A program made the position numbers and the translations under genes. Shown here one piece after another: positions 5,887 through 16,110 of a stretch of DNA of 64,000 nucleotides. The notes under the pieces are model-generated. The model saw nothing but the letters and a program-made list of their open reading frames with translations. It did not search any database and was not told the origin of the DNA. Within the stretch, counting starts at the first letter, position 1. Each line of letters starts with the position of its first letter. The DNA is from an uncultured virus (IMG/VR IMGVR_UViG_3300042484_001031) (taxonomy: Duplodnaviria > Heunggongvirae > Uroviricota > Caudoviricetes), in IMG/VR virus record IMGVR_UViG_3300042484_001031, positions 1-64,000 of that record. One strand, 5' to 3'.

Positions 5887-5915
5887 AGTATAGCACAAGT
5901 AGGCATTAATGTCAA
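5887..5915 (-). promoter_or_regulatory. sigma70-type promoter upstream of the leader
   Basis: TTGACA-17-TATACT with TGn extension. Confidence 0.8.
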
Positions 5916-5942
5916 CACTTTTTTCATTTATTTACCCAAAAA

Positions 5943-6530
5943 TTAGTCAAACTTGTTGGTGTCAATATCTACTATAATATGAATGCGATCATCATTGCTG
6001 TTATTTTCTACTCCGTGCAGTTGTCTATTCATTAATTGGCATAGGATTCCTTTCGGCATATGTATCGGCTTATTATCAGCCGGACCTATAAACAATACCT
6101 GACTATTAGTTGTTATCGGTACATGAAATCTGTGATATCTTTGAAAGTACAATCCAGTGTCTATATGTGGTATAACTCTACCACCCGGTAATAATTTAAC
6201 TACCATAATGCGTCCCAACTCTTTTCCATTAACTACAGAATAGCACCATTCAATCATGCTATTTATTTGAGGGTACATATATCTTACACTACTATCCTTA
6301 CATTCAATAATGTCTGATACAGCTTCACGTGTTCTTGGTGTATTTTGTTCTAATTTGTGTGTCCGAAGATGTGTTGTAATAGATGTTGCAAATACCGGAT
6401 CACGTTTTCTAAAATCCGAGATTACAGTGGTAGAATCCCAATTAATATTGTCAATTTCATTTTTAGTAGAATTGAATAATTCTGTTGGCACTGATTCTAT
6501 TAAACGAACATGATTTTCTTTTATAAACAT
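5943..6530 (-). CDS. aspartyl/asparaginyl beta-hydroxylase-like (AspH family) Fe(II)/2OG oxygenase
   Basis: RIMVVKLLPGGRVIPHID...RFHVPI...HGVENNSNDDRIHIIVD. Confidence 0.85.
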   Translation of the reverse strand: MFIKENHVRLIESVPTELFNSTKNEIDNINWDSTTVISDFRKRDPVFATSITTHLRTHKLEQNTPRTREAVSDIIECKDSSVRYMYPQINSMIEWCYSVVNGKELGRIMVVKLLPGGRVIPHIDTGLYFQRYHRFHVPITTNSQVLFIGPADNKPIHMPKGILCQLMNRQLHGVENNSNDDRIHIIVDIDTNKFD

Positions 6531-6589
6531 TGAGAACTATTTATATTAATATAAATACTATATATATTTGTGTACAAAGGAGTTACAAA

Positions 6590-7129
6590 ATGAGCGTAAT
6601 TACATTTTTTGCGGCCGCACCAGAATCTACCGTAAGTCAATCAGTTACTGAGGTTAATTCTATAGATTGGGATGGATCACCCATCGATGGTATTGAAATT
6701 GATAGTAATGATAACATCAAGGTTATGATGTTGTCACAACTGAACGATCTAGGTGATACTGTTGAAGAAATAAATAATACTGTAATATTTAATCAACTTA
6801 CCCCTTTACTTTATCCAGGAATTTATTCTTTAATAGATTGGCTAAAGAGTACAGTCGGAGCATCCTACATTGGAAAAACAAGAATTGTGGCATTATTACC
6901 GGGAAAAGGTATACCGGATCACATTAATAATAGTTCATATTACTCTAAGTATACCCGATATCATATTCCTCTAGTAACTCATTCTGATGTTAAAATTATA
7001 GAAACACTCACATCTACAGAAGAAAACATGTTAGTTGGTAACGTTTATACGTTATCTAATACAATAAGCCACAGTTTTAAAAATAATTCTAATATTACTA
7101 GGATACATCTTATAGTAGATTTGGCATGA
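6590..7129 (+). CDS. AspH-like Fe(II)/2OG oxygenase
   Basis: LLPGKGIPDHIN...RYHIPL...HSFKNNSNITRIHLIVD; SD AAGGAG before ATG 6590. Confidence 0.8.
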   Translation: MSVITFFAAAPESTVSQSVTEVNSIDWDGSPIDGIEIDSNDNIKVMMLSQLNDLGDTVEEINNTVIFNQLTPLLYPGIYSLIDWLKSTVGASYIGKTRIVALLPGKGIPDHINNSSYYSKYTRYHIPLVTHSDVKIIETLTSTEENMLVGNVYTLSNTISHSFKNNSNITRIHLIVDLA

Positions 7130-7653
7130 AATACAATTTTCTTTTTAAAAAAATACTAGATGTAGATGATAGTGTTTTAGATGTATTAGAGGATTATGCA
7201 ATGTCAGTTGAGTATGGGGATAATCTTGGTTTTTATAAGGGTAAAGGAATCAGAACACACATGATAGAAAACGTGTTAAACGTTCAACCGGCAATAGAAG
7301 CACTTTCAAATATTGTTAACCCTAACGGTTATTTAAATTCTTATATTAATATATTGCCAGCAAATCATTATATTTTTGAACATAGTGACGTGGGTGAGGG
7401 AAAATTCTTCAGTGATAATTTAACTATACACAAAATACATATTCCATTAATAACCAATCAATCATCTGGTCATATGTGGAAATGTTTTTATGAAGAAAAT
7501 AAACAGGTTGCCGTTAATTTTGAACGCGGTGCATCATATTTATTCAACAATATTGACATACATTCAGCCGTAAATTTTTCTTCTAGTGAAGATCGATATC
7601 ATTTAATTCTGAGATATCGACAGGATTCTATTGCAGAATCTTTTTACAGTTAA
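7126..7653 (+). CDS. AspH-like Fe(II)/2OG oxygenase
   Basis: EHSD...KIHIPL...HSAVNFS...DRYHLI. Confidence 0.8.
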   Translation: MKYNFLFKKILDVDDSVLDVLEDYAMSVEYGDNLGFYKGKGIRTHMIENVLNVQPAIEALSNIVNPNGYLNSYINILPANHYIFEHSDVGEGKFFSDNLTIHKIHIPLITNQSSGHMWKCFYEENKQVAVNFERGASYLFNNIDIHSAVNFSSSEDRYHLILRYRQDSIAESFYS

Positions 7654-8789
7654 TCTATCAAATTTCCCATATAATAATAACTAGAATCAATAGACGGAAA
7701 TTGTCCGTTTTTCATTACTACATTTGTAGTATCTAGTTTATTTAAATAAGAACTCCAATGATATCTCCATCCCTTTTTTATTTTCATAATTTCAGGATGT
7801 GTTTCTACTATAATATCAAATTGGCTCATATCATCTATTTCTCCTACAATAGGTTTTCTAACTTGAAATTTAGATATATCCCAGTCCGGGTATATTATGG
7901 GTTTTATTAATTCACTATACTTATCCCATCGTTCTGTATGTCGACCAATCCATTTTGGTTTATATAATAAGTCTTGATATTGCGGATTTCTTTTAAACCA
8001 TAAAAATACTTGATATGCTCTTTCTAATGCAAGTTCAGGAAAGTCAGGAGTCCAGAAAAAATATTCAGTACCATATGGATTAGTTACAGTTGGTGGGATA
8101 AGTACCATTGGTTTGTCAGGAAAAGTAGTGTATGCCTTATTGTCCTTAGCTAAGAGTACGGGCTTTTCTACTCCATTGATAACTCCGACCTTTTTCCCAC
8201 GTTCTATTAATTTTATTTCTATATCATTATTACTATGTTCCGGATGCTTTAGAATATATGACATAAAATACAATCCTCTATGTGATTGAAATTTGTCATC
8301 ACCGAAACTATTTGCTGTTATGCCATCAAGCCAATCGATTAATTTGATTTCTATTTCCGGATGGTATGTTGATATGTACTCAAGATCAGGTTTAATAATA
8401 TAATCCCATTCTGACAATTGATTTTTAGCTGATGTATCTATTAAATTTGGGTTATGTATTTTTTGATTAATCAAATTAAACGGTTGTTTAACCATTATCT
8501 GATCAAGTTTGATATTATTTTGTAGAAACGCCTGTAAAATACAATGACTATCACTACCACCGCTATATTGTAAAATTAGATAATCATATGAATCTCGTAG
8601 CATCTGGGCACGTTGTTTATATAATTCTTTAAGAGCCGTTCTACCTAATAGAGATTTATCAAAGTTTCTCCAAATATTATCATAGTAATGCCATTTAATG
8701 GGTAAACCTGTTTTAGATTTTTCTAAAAAGGCAAGCATTGAATTAGTAATTATTTTATCACCGACAGTATAATGTCCATACTTACTCAC
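7650..8789 (-). CDS. PP-loop (N-type ATP pyrophosphatase / adenine nucleotide alpha-hydrolase) protein
   Basis: LILQYSGGSDS PP-loop motif. Confidence 0.7.
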   Translation of the reverse strand: MSKYGHYTVGDKIITNSMLAFLEKSKTGLPIKWHYYDNIWRNFDKSLLGRTALKELYKQRAQMLRDSYDYLILQYSGGSDSHCILQAFLQNNIKLDQIMVKQPFNLINQKIHNPNLIDTSAKNQLSEWDYIIKPDLEYISTYHPEIEIKLIDWLDGITANSFGDDKFQSHRGLYFMSYILKHPEHSNNDIEIKLIERGKKVGVINGVEKPVLLAKDNKAYTTFPDKPMVLIPPTVTNPYGTEYFFWTPDFPELALERAYQVFLWFKRNPQYQDLLYKPKWIGRHTERWDKYSELIKPIIYPDWDISKFQVRKPIVGEIDDMSQFDIIVETHPEIMKIKKGWRYHWSSYLNKLDTTNVVMKNGQFPSIDSSYYYMGNLID

Positions 8790-9718
8790 TTAAAAATCCC
8801 TTCAAGCCTTTCTTTATTTGCCATCATATTATCAAGTCTTTTATTAATTGCCGGGATAGATAAATCAGAATTATTAAAATATATCTGATTCTGTGTCCAT
8901 ATTTCTTTCGCTTCGGGTGTTGACATAATTGTACTTAATTGCAAATTATATTGTGCAATTACTGATTTTGGTGTGCCTGCAGGAACCATTAATGCAATTG
9001 TACTATCAATAAATGATCCAAATCCTTTAAAGGTTTCTGCCACCGTAGGGATATCCGGTAACTCGTTAAGTCGGTTGTTATTAACTACTGCAATGATTTT
9101 TATACGATCATTCTTATGCAACATTCTAGCTGTACTTCCATTTAATATAGCAAATTCAACGTGTCCACCTGCTATATCAGTGCCCAACTGACCGGCCGAT
9201 TTATAAGGAACTACCGTAACTTGTTTGCTTCCCAAGTTTTCTGCTAGCTCGGTAGTCCAAGCTTTTACAATACCCGACATACTACCCAACGAAATGTTTT
9301 CTCCTGCATCAATTCTTTTTTGGATATCAGAAATAGTAGACGATTTGCTATTTGGAGCCGCTACTACCATAGATACTGCACGGCCAAGACTTATTACCAT
9401 TTCGAAATCCTGTCTTGTGTATGTCTTGTTTGATTTATACAATACATCTGATAGTACAAATGTGCTAGCAAGACCGCATAACATGAATGTGTTATTTTCA
9501 CCATGTTGTTTATAATAGTTTGCCGCAATTACTCCGTCAGCGCCAGGTTTACGGTTGAAAATTAAAGTAGTGTCTGGCATTTTCGAAAATAGGTATCGCA
9601 TTATATTAGTAGAAGAACCTCCCTCTCCTATAGCTGTAGTTACTGTAATTACTTCAGCCTGTGCTATACCTATTAAGGATAGTAGTATAATAGTAAATAT
9701 TTTTTTCATGTAAATCAT
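8786..9718 (-). CDS. tripartite tricarboxylate transporter substrate-binding protein (TctC/Bug family)
   Basis: Signal peptide; NRKPGADGVIA, VVPYKSAG, LPDIPTVAE and PAGTPKSVI motifs. Confidence 0.85.
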   Translation of the reverse strand: MIYMKKIFTIILLSLIGIAQAEVITVTTAIGEGGSSTNIMRYLFSKMPDTTLIFNRKPGADGVIAANYYKQHGENNTFMLCGLASTFVLSDVLYKSNKTYTRQDFEMVISLGRAVSMVVAAPNSKSSTISDIQKRIDAGENISLGSMSGIVKAWTTELAENLGSKQVTVVPYKSAGQLGTDIAGGHVEFAILNGSTARMLHKNDRIKIIAVVNNNRLNELPDIPTVAETFKGFGSFIDSTIALMVPAGTPKSVIAQYNLQLSTIMSTPEAKEIWTQNQIYFNNSDLSIPAINKRLDNMMANKERLEGIFK

Positions 9719-9778
9719 CCATCTATTTATTAAAGGATTTTGTCTACTATAAATATATGTAACATTGAAGTGAGAAAT

Positions 9779-11089
9779 ATGTTTTGTAAAACTATCTGGA
9801 ATGGGATTTATATTTTACCGTACGGTGATATTCGGCTGTGTTCTATTGGAAACAATTCCGATGCATCATTAGATATGAATACTGCTAGGGATGAGAACGG
9901 TGTTGCTATGAATATTCTTACTCATAGCATCAAGGAAATTGTTAATTCTAAAAAACATCTTGAGGTAAGAAAACTAAACATAGATGATCCAACGGCGTGG
10001 AGCCAGCATTGTTCTTGCTGTGAGAATAGGGAAATGGTTACTAAAAATAATGTATTACACCCTAATTCAAGTAGAAGGTTATATTTAAAACAGGTTATAA
10101 AATCAAACGACATAGTTACTGAATCAAACTGTACAGAAAAAGCCAGCGCAGATGGTAATATCGACTGGTATCCGAGTAGTTTAGATATACGATTTGGAAA
10201 TCTATGCAATCAAAAATGCGTAATGTGCAGTCCTATATATAGTAAACTATGGTATGATGAATATACTGAATACTATAAAACCAATCTATTTGGTAGCGGT
10301 ACAAATAATAAGAAAATTTCTTTAGTTAAAAATAACAACGGTCAATGGCAACAACCCAAAGAAATGGAATGGTACGAAGATCCAAGGTGGTGGCCAAAGT
10401 TTAAAGAAATGATGCCATATCTACGACACATTTATGTGACCGGGGGTGAGCCAATGATTGTACCATCGCACGATACAATGTTAGATATACTAATAGAGAA
10501 TGATTTAGCAAAGAACATAGTACTTGAGTATGATACAAATCTAACTGTCATTAATACAAAATTATTCCATCGTTGGAAACATTTTAATAAGGTGTTGATT
10601 CGTGTTAGTATGGATGCTATTAAAGAAAAATATAATTTAATTAGGTTTGGAGGTAACTGGGAAAAGTTTGTTGATAATATTGAAAAACTAAAAACATATG
10701 AAGAAGAATCCGAAGGACGAATTAAGATACAAGCAATCACCTCTTGTTTTCAAATCAGTACAGCATTGAATATTGTAGAATCAGAAGAATGGTGTAATAC
10801 TATGAAGTTGCCATTTCATATTAGGTTTTTAGATGGCCCTGACAAACATGCTACTATGTCACTACCCATTTCTGCAAAAGAAGAATTAATAGATTTTTAT
10901 TCAAATCATAATACAGAAAAATCAAAACTAATAGTAAATTATCTATCGGAGCACTTATATTCGACACGAGGATCAGTGGACGAGATACATTCATTTATTA
11001 ATTTCATGGATTTCCTTGACAATAGCAGATCAACTAACTGGAGAGAGACTCTTTCGGATATCCACACTTTCCTTGAAAGGCATAAATGA
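9779..11089 (+). CDS. radical SAM protein with N-terminal Cys-rich (SPASM/twitch-like) region
   Basis: CNQKCVMC, TGGEP, YDTN; N-terminal Cys pattern. Confidence 0.9.
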   Translation: MFCKTIWNGIYILPYGDIRLCSIGNNSDASLDMNTARDENGVAMNILTHSIKEIVNSKKHLEVRKLNIDDPTAWSQHCSCCENREMVTKNNVLHPNSSRRLYLKQVIKSNDIVTESNCTEKASADGNIDWYPSSLDIRFGNLCNQKCVMCSPIYSKLWYDEYTEYYKTNLFGSGTNNKKISLVKNNNGQWQQPKEMEWYEDPRWWPKFKEMMPYLRHIYVTGGEPMIVPSHDTMLDILIENDLAKNIVLEYDTNLTVINTKLFHRWKHFNKVLIRVSMDAIKEKYNLIRFGGNWEKFVDNIEKLKTYEEESEGRIKIQAITSCFQISTALNIVESEEWCNTMKLPFHIRFLDGPDKHATMSLPISAKEELIDFYSNHNTEKSKLIVNYLSEHLYSTRGSVDEIHSFINFMDFLDNSRSTNWRETLSDIHTFLERHK

Positions 11090-11673
11090 ATTATATACAT
11101 TTAGGTAAGGCCCCGCAATCATTTATTGAAAAAATACAAAAATTAATTGAATTAAAGCACGATACCAATGCCACATATGAATGGATAATGTTTGATTACG
11201 GCATGCAAGAAATATTTAATTCTGTGTTTCCTATCCCTGAACTAAAAATACAATATTTACCTAATAATGTAATAAATCAAAAAGCGTTTTTTTCTAGCCC
11301 ATTTAATGGTTTTAGACCACATAAAGATGGTATTGATTGTCAATGCGCTCTTAATATTGCCGTCTCATGTAATAAAGAAGATTGGGTAAGATGGTATGAT
11401 GAAGATTATATTAATAATATTTCAAGCACACATAGAAACAATACAACAGAATCTCATAGACATAGTAGAAACACAGACCTGCATGAATATGAGGATATCC
11501 CATTTATTGACGAAATGAGACAAAATATAGGTGATGTTTATTTAGTTAATACTAATGTTTATCATAGTTTCAAATGCTATGGACCACTTAATCGTATAAT
11601 TATACAGACTAAGCTTGAAGATAATCCTAATATTGTAGAAGTTTATGAAAATTTAAAATATTATTTTAAATAA
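11086..11673 (+). CDS. cupin / Fe(II)-2OG oxygenase-like protein
   Basis: PHKDG...ALNI...YHSF...R. Confidence 0.6.
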   Translation: MNYIHLGKAPQSFIEKIQKLIELKHDTNATYEWIMFDYGMQEIFNSVFPIPELKIQYLPNNVINQKAFFSSPFNGFRPHKDGIDCQCALNIAVSCNKEDWVRWYDEDYINNISSTHRNNTTESHRHSRNTDLHEYEDIPFIDEMRQNIGDVYLVNTNVYHSFKCYGPLNRIIIQTKLEDNPNIVEVYENLKYYFK

Positions 11674-12529
11674 CTAAATCAATATTTGCCCTATAGAAAT
11701 TGCGAATTTCGCCGGAATTCAGAATAAGTTTACTTCTATTATGAACAAAAGACCAATTATCATAAATTGCTATATCAAACGTGTCCCAAGTGTGATAGTA
11801 GGTACGATTTGGTATTTTTAATAATTCTTTAATATACGTTCCTATTAGAGAACAATCTGGTTGAAGTATATCATCAATTTTTACATTGCATATCCAAGCA
11901 TCCTTACATACTCCGGGTATATTATAGAAATTCAATCTTAATGATTTTTCTTTAGTGACAGGATGTTCTTTTATGAAATCAAATTCTTGCAAATCTTGTA
12001 GTGGTTTATGCTCAGGCCCAGATACTTTATACCAACTCTGTTGAATAATTTTAACTCTTGGGATTAGTTTTAAGAGTTCTTCATTCATATCTGTTAACGG
12101 AAGATTTATATTTAAAAACCCAGTTATACCTGAAATTTCAGGATTTGGATTTTGTGTAATCCAAAGACTACGAAACGGAAACGGGTTCTCTCTCTTATTA
12201 GGAATATCAGCATGCCATGGCATTGGTTGAACATTAAGTCTAGGAGCATTTATATTATTGAACGGGCTTAATACATAGTCACCCATAGGTGTAGTTATTG
12301 TTTCAGTTTTTTCTTGACTATATGAATAATCAGTTTTATTCCACATATTACCAAACTGTGAGCAGAACAAGGCATAATCTTCAACTGAAAAATTCATTTT
12401 TTTGAACACAAGTAATTTTCTAGCATATATCAATGATCTCCAAAAAGAAAAATCTTTGTTAAAAAAGTCTTTTGGATTTTCAAATTCTATTGTTGAACCC
12501 CAAGATTCATGTATGTTCTTTATTTTCAT
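11666..12529 (-). CDS. TauD/TfdA family Fe(II)/2OG dioxygenase
   Basis: WHAD...HPVT...HTWDTFDIAIYDNWSFVHNR. Confidence 0.9.
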   Translation of the reverse strand: MKIKNIHESWGSTIEFENPKDFFNKDFSFWRSLIYARKLLVFKKMNFSVEDYALFCSQFGNMWNKTDYSYSQEKTETITTPMGDYVLSPFNNINAPRLNVQPMPWHADIPNKRENPFPFRSLWITQNPNPEISGITGFLNINLPLTDMNEELLKLIPRVKIIQQSWYKVSGPEHKPLQDLQEFDFIKEHPVTKEKSLRLNFYNIPGVCKDAWICNVKIDDILQPDCSLIGTYIKELLKIPNRTYYHTWDTFDIAIYDNWSFVHNRSKLILNSGEIRNFYRANIDLVI

Positions 12530-12559
12530 ATTGGTTATTTTATATAGATAAATATCCAT

Positions 12560-13180
12560 ATGCATATATTAAATTCGCACAGTGACATATGTTATCCTAT
12601 TACACTGACTACAAACCTTAATAATTTAAATGAGTCAATATCAACACTATTTATTAGATTGGGTATTAGCAAAGAATTATTCTTTAAAGATTTAGAGAAA
12701 GCTTTGATAATTACACTAAATCTGTCTCATTTACCAACTTTGCAAGGAGCTGATAGGTGGAAAAAACATGCAGGAAATCACCCATCGGTTAAAGCTGAAT
12801 CAGTTTCTGAGATTGATTTTACACAGTTTCTTACTGAGATGGATGATCTTTATATTAAAAAAGTAATAGATGATATATTCACATACCATGAACTTAAATT
12901 TGGAAAGAAATTTCAAGGTAGGTGTCAATTGATTGCTAGTCGAGCACCTCAATGTTATAAAATACATAGAGATTTACATACTACCCATAGATATCATATA
13001 CCGTTAGAAACTGATGAAAGATTTTTATGGTTATTTGAAGATGATAATAAGGATATTACATTACTTCATATGCCAGCTGACGGTAGAATATGGTATCTAA
13101 ATCCAGTAACTGCTAAACATACAGTGATTCACGTAGGCTCATCAATTCGTTTTCATATTCTATTAACTAGCAGTGTTTAG
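12560..13180 (+). CDS. AspH-like Fe(II)/2OG oxygenase
   Basis: IHRD...RYHIPL...HMPADG...HTVIH..RFHI. Confidence 0.75.
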   Translation: MHILNSHSDICYPITLTTNLNNLNESISTLFIRLGISKELFFKDLEKALIITLNLSHLPTLQGADRWKKHAGNHPSVKAESVSEIDFTQFLTEMDDLYIKKVIDDIFTYHELKFGKKFQGRCQLIASRAPQCYKIHRDLHTTHRYHIPLETDERFLWLFEDDNKDITLLHMPADGRIWYLNPVTAKHTVIHVGSSIRFHILLTSSV

Positions 13181-13191
13181 TAGCAACTAAG

Positions 13192-13983
13192 TTATTTTAA
13201 GAAAGGTAGAAAAATTCTGCAAGGATCAAATTCCCACCATTTGCCACTAATATTAGTTCCGAAGTCATATGACTTAGGGTCATGATGATGATTATTATGC
13301 CAACCTTGTCCCCATCCTAAATAGCCTAAAACAAAATTATTCTGACTCATATCGGTGGTGTCAAAATTTCGATATCCAATTATAGATTTCCAATGTCCAA
13401 ACAAATTAGTAAGATTGTCTTGAACCAGTGTAATTGCAATGGGTAGACATAATAATGACAAACTCAATTTCCAATTGATCAATGCAACCAATATTGGTAT
13501 TCCCCATAATATTTTAAATTGATTATTATGAAACCAAATGTGATTCTCTTTACGTAACAGATTGGCTGCATATCGCATGTTTATAGGATTAGCTTCAGTA
13601 ATCTTAGTTGTCCACGTGAATACTGAATGAATTTTGCCGTGTATTGGACTATGCAAATCTTTAGGAGTGTCACTGTATCTATGATGATACCCTCTATGAA
13701 TTGCTACCCAAGAAATACTTGATCCTTCACCACTAAGTATTCCAAAAAACAATATAAGATTTTCTTTCCATTTTGGAAGATTTGGATGAGTGTTGTGTGA
13801 AAAAATTCTATGGAATCCTACTGCTACTCCTAGACCGGCAATACATACCCAGCCCAAGAATGTAAACCAAAGATACCATAATGGTATAGCACTATTAATA
13901 AACAATATAATAGTAAATATACCTAATGTTATAAATGGTATAAAGCTGAACCAGGAATATCTAGAAATATTTTTGAACATCAT
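13192..13983 (-). CDS. acyl-CoA/fatty acid (delta-9 type) desaturase
   Basis: His boxes HRIFSH, HRGYHH and HNNHH; transmembrane segments; WWEFDP. Confidence 0.93.
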   Translation of the reverse strand: MMFKNISRYSWFSFIPFITLGIFTIILFINSAIPLWYLWFTFLGWVCIAGLGVAVGFHRIFSHNTHPNLPKWKENLILFFGILSGEGSSISWVAIHRGYHHRYSDTPKDLHSPIHGKIHSVFTWTTKITEANPINMRYAANLLRKENHIWFHNNQFKILWGIPILVALINWKLSLSLLCLPIAITLVQDNLTNLFGHWKSIIGYRNFDTTDMSQNNFVLGYLGWGQGWHNNHHHDPKSYDFGTNISGKWWEFDPCRIFLPFLK

Positions 13984-13987
13984 GTAT

Positions 13988-14584
13988 TTATAATCTTCCT
14001 GCGTTTGACCAATTAGTGCGATATGCGTTTTTTAAAAATGTGCAACGAACTACAGTATCAATTGGTATCAAAGTACGATTATATAATATTTGCCAATGTA
14101 AATTATACTTGCATTGATGTTTTAAAGGTATCATATACTCATCGAAATAATCATATCTTTCATTAGCCCATTCACTGAAGGTAAATCTTCTTAATAACTT
14201 TGCATGTTTAGCAGACCATAATGTATAAAACTTTAATCTACCTCGTTCTTCATTGTGCTTGATTGCAGTATCTAGTAATAATTGTGCTACTTTTTTATCC
14301 CCTGAGTTTTTTATGTGTGTTCCGTACCAACTAGCATCATCTGTTGATTCATAGAATCCTATCAAACCCTGAACTATACCTCCGTCATCTATAGCACCAT
14401 AGGCATGATAATTATTCAAATCTGACAAATATGTGTCGCTGAATGCAGTATGATAATATTCTACATAGTCTTGGTCAGTAGCAACAAAATAATTACTGTG
14501 AACCATGGAGCCCATATATTTTTTCTTTTCAAAAAGTCTACGTACACCTAATATATTAGATGAATCTAATTTAACAATTTTCAT
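13988..14584 (-). CDS. hypothetical protein, possible GNAT fold
   Basis: Pattern YGAIDDGGIVQGLIG...VAQLLLDTAI; weak. Confidence 0.4.
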   Translation of the reverse strand: MKIVKLDSSNILGVRRLFEKKKYMGSMVHSNYFVATDQDYVEYYHTAFSDTYLSDLNNYHAYGAIDDGGIVQGLIGFYESTDDASWYGTHIKNSGDKKVAQLLLDTAIKHNEERGRLKFYTLWSAKHAKLLRRFTFSEWANERYDYFDEYMIPLKHQCKYNLHWQILYNRTLIPIDTVVRCTFLKNAYRTNWSNAGRL

Positions 14585-15498
14585 TCATTACCTTTTAACA
14601 TATTAATAACTTTATTAAATTCTATTCCATCAACATTTGATTCTAATCTCATTATTTGTTCATATGTTAGCTGTCTATACGCTTCAAAATTAAAACCCAA
14701 TAATTTTTCAAATCCATGTGTCTTTTTACGAACTCTAATTTCAGGTACTAGCTTTTTTAATATAGTATTTTTGCTACTTACTGATGATAGTTTATAATTA
14801 TATTTGGTAGATACTAAATTAACAATATCAGGATCTTCTAAATAATAGAGTAACAATTCAGGAGTATAACTAAAATATTCATTAACCAATGGTATACCAA
14901 ATTTTAAACTAAAACGCATTGCACTAGCATCTTCATTCTCACGTATACAGTAAAACCAAGTACTTGGATCAGTATTGATATTTCTTTTTAAAAATACTTC
15001 CCCACCCATTACTGCCGGCATTCCTATTTTTTTAATAGAATGATATACCATTAAATATGTAATCTGTGTACATTGCAATTCTCTACCAAACTCACTAGCC
15101 TCACCGCTGTATAGAAAATCTTTTACATCAAAATCTATGATGTTCAACTCTAAATCTAATTCTGTAGCTAAATCAATTGCTTCATTCACATCAAAAATAT
15201 TATAGTCATCTTTAAATTTAATGACAAAACATTTGGGTTTTATACCAATATCTACAAAGTTTCTAGCAACAATTTCGCTATCTGTTCCGCCACTGAGAAA
15301 CAATGCAATATCCGATTTGTAGTCTTGGTAAATCAAATCAGCCGTTCTATGTAATTCTTGCTTATAATTACTTTTTTTATAATGATCCTTATCAATTGAT
15401 CCCAAAAAAATCTTGTAACGCTGTATTGGTGAGGTTCTGTATCCAAACTCTACCCCATCAATTGAATATTTTAAATGATTTTGATGAGTAAAATACAT
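14581..15498 (-). CDS. PP-loop ATP pyrophosphatase (asparagine synthase-like)
   Basis: IALFLSGGTDSE...MGGE...RKKTHGFE. Confidence 0.75.
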   Translation of the reverse strand: MYFTHQNHLKYSIDGVEFGYRTSPIQRYKIFLGSIDKDHYKKSNYKQELHRTADLIYQDYKSDIALFLSGGTDSEIVARNFVDIGIKPKCFVIKFKDDYNIFDVNEAIDLATELDLELNIIDFDVKDFLYSGEASEFGRELQCTQITYLMVYHSIKKIGMPAVMGGEVFLKRNINTDPSTWFYCIRENEDASAMRFSLKFGIPLVNEYFSYTPELLLYYLEDPDIVNLVSTKYNYKLSSVSSKNTILKKLVPEIRVRKKTHGFEKLLGFNFEAYRQLTYEQIMRLESNVDGIEFNKVINMLKGNE

Positions 15499-15519
15499 AG
15501 TATGTTATTTAGCAGTGAA

Positions 15520-16110
15520 TTAGTCTGAGTATATTTTAACAACATCTTCAAAGTTTGGATTACCTGCAAATCTAATACTCATTAAGTATCTATAGTTTTT
15601 GTTTAACTTATTATCTATTCTATGCCAAACATCTGTATTAACTATAGATGGTGTTTCAATCAAACATCGGTGTGCCGGTGTGTACACACCGGCTGGTGTG
15701 TCTTCTATTCTATATGATGAATGATTTTTTTCAATTGTTGTTAATCTTACATTAGTGTATCCGGAAACAACTTTAAATTCATCAAATATATTTTCAAACC
15801 AATCCATAAATCCCTCATCACAATTAAGTAATGGTATATTTAATGCAGCTTTTCTATCAATGCCATCACGATGAACCATGCCGGTTGATTCCGGGGTAAT
15901 AGCAAATATTTGAAATACTACCGGTTTTATTTTTAAACCAGCAAGCATCCAATCGGGAAAGTTATTTAGTTGTCTGTATATGATAGTATGACCGTCGCCG
16001 GTTTTTTCAGATAATATTTTTGCCCGATCATTATTAATAAATTGATTACCATATTCTTTTAATCTAAGAAAAAAGTCATTCCATTCTAAATGTGTTACTA
16101 CATTATTCAT
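15520..16110 (-). CDS. cupin / Fe(II)-2OG oxygenase-like protein
   Basis: VHRDG...ALNIPL...WHRIDN...RYLMSIRF. Confidence 0.65.
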   Translation of the reverse strand: MNNVVTHLEWNDFFLRLKEYGNQFINNDRAKILSEKTGDGHTIIYRQLNNFPDWMLAGLKIKPVVFQIFAITPESTGMVHRDGIDRKAALNIPLLNCDEGFMDWFENIFDEFKVVSGYTNVRLTTIEKNHSSYRIEDTPAGVYTPAHRCLIETPSIVNTDVWHRIDNKLNKNYRYLMSIRFAGNPNFEDVVKIYSD

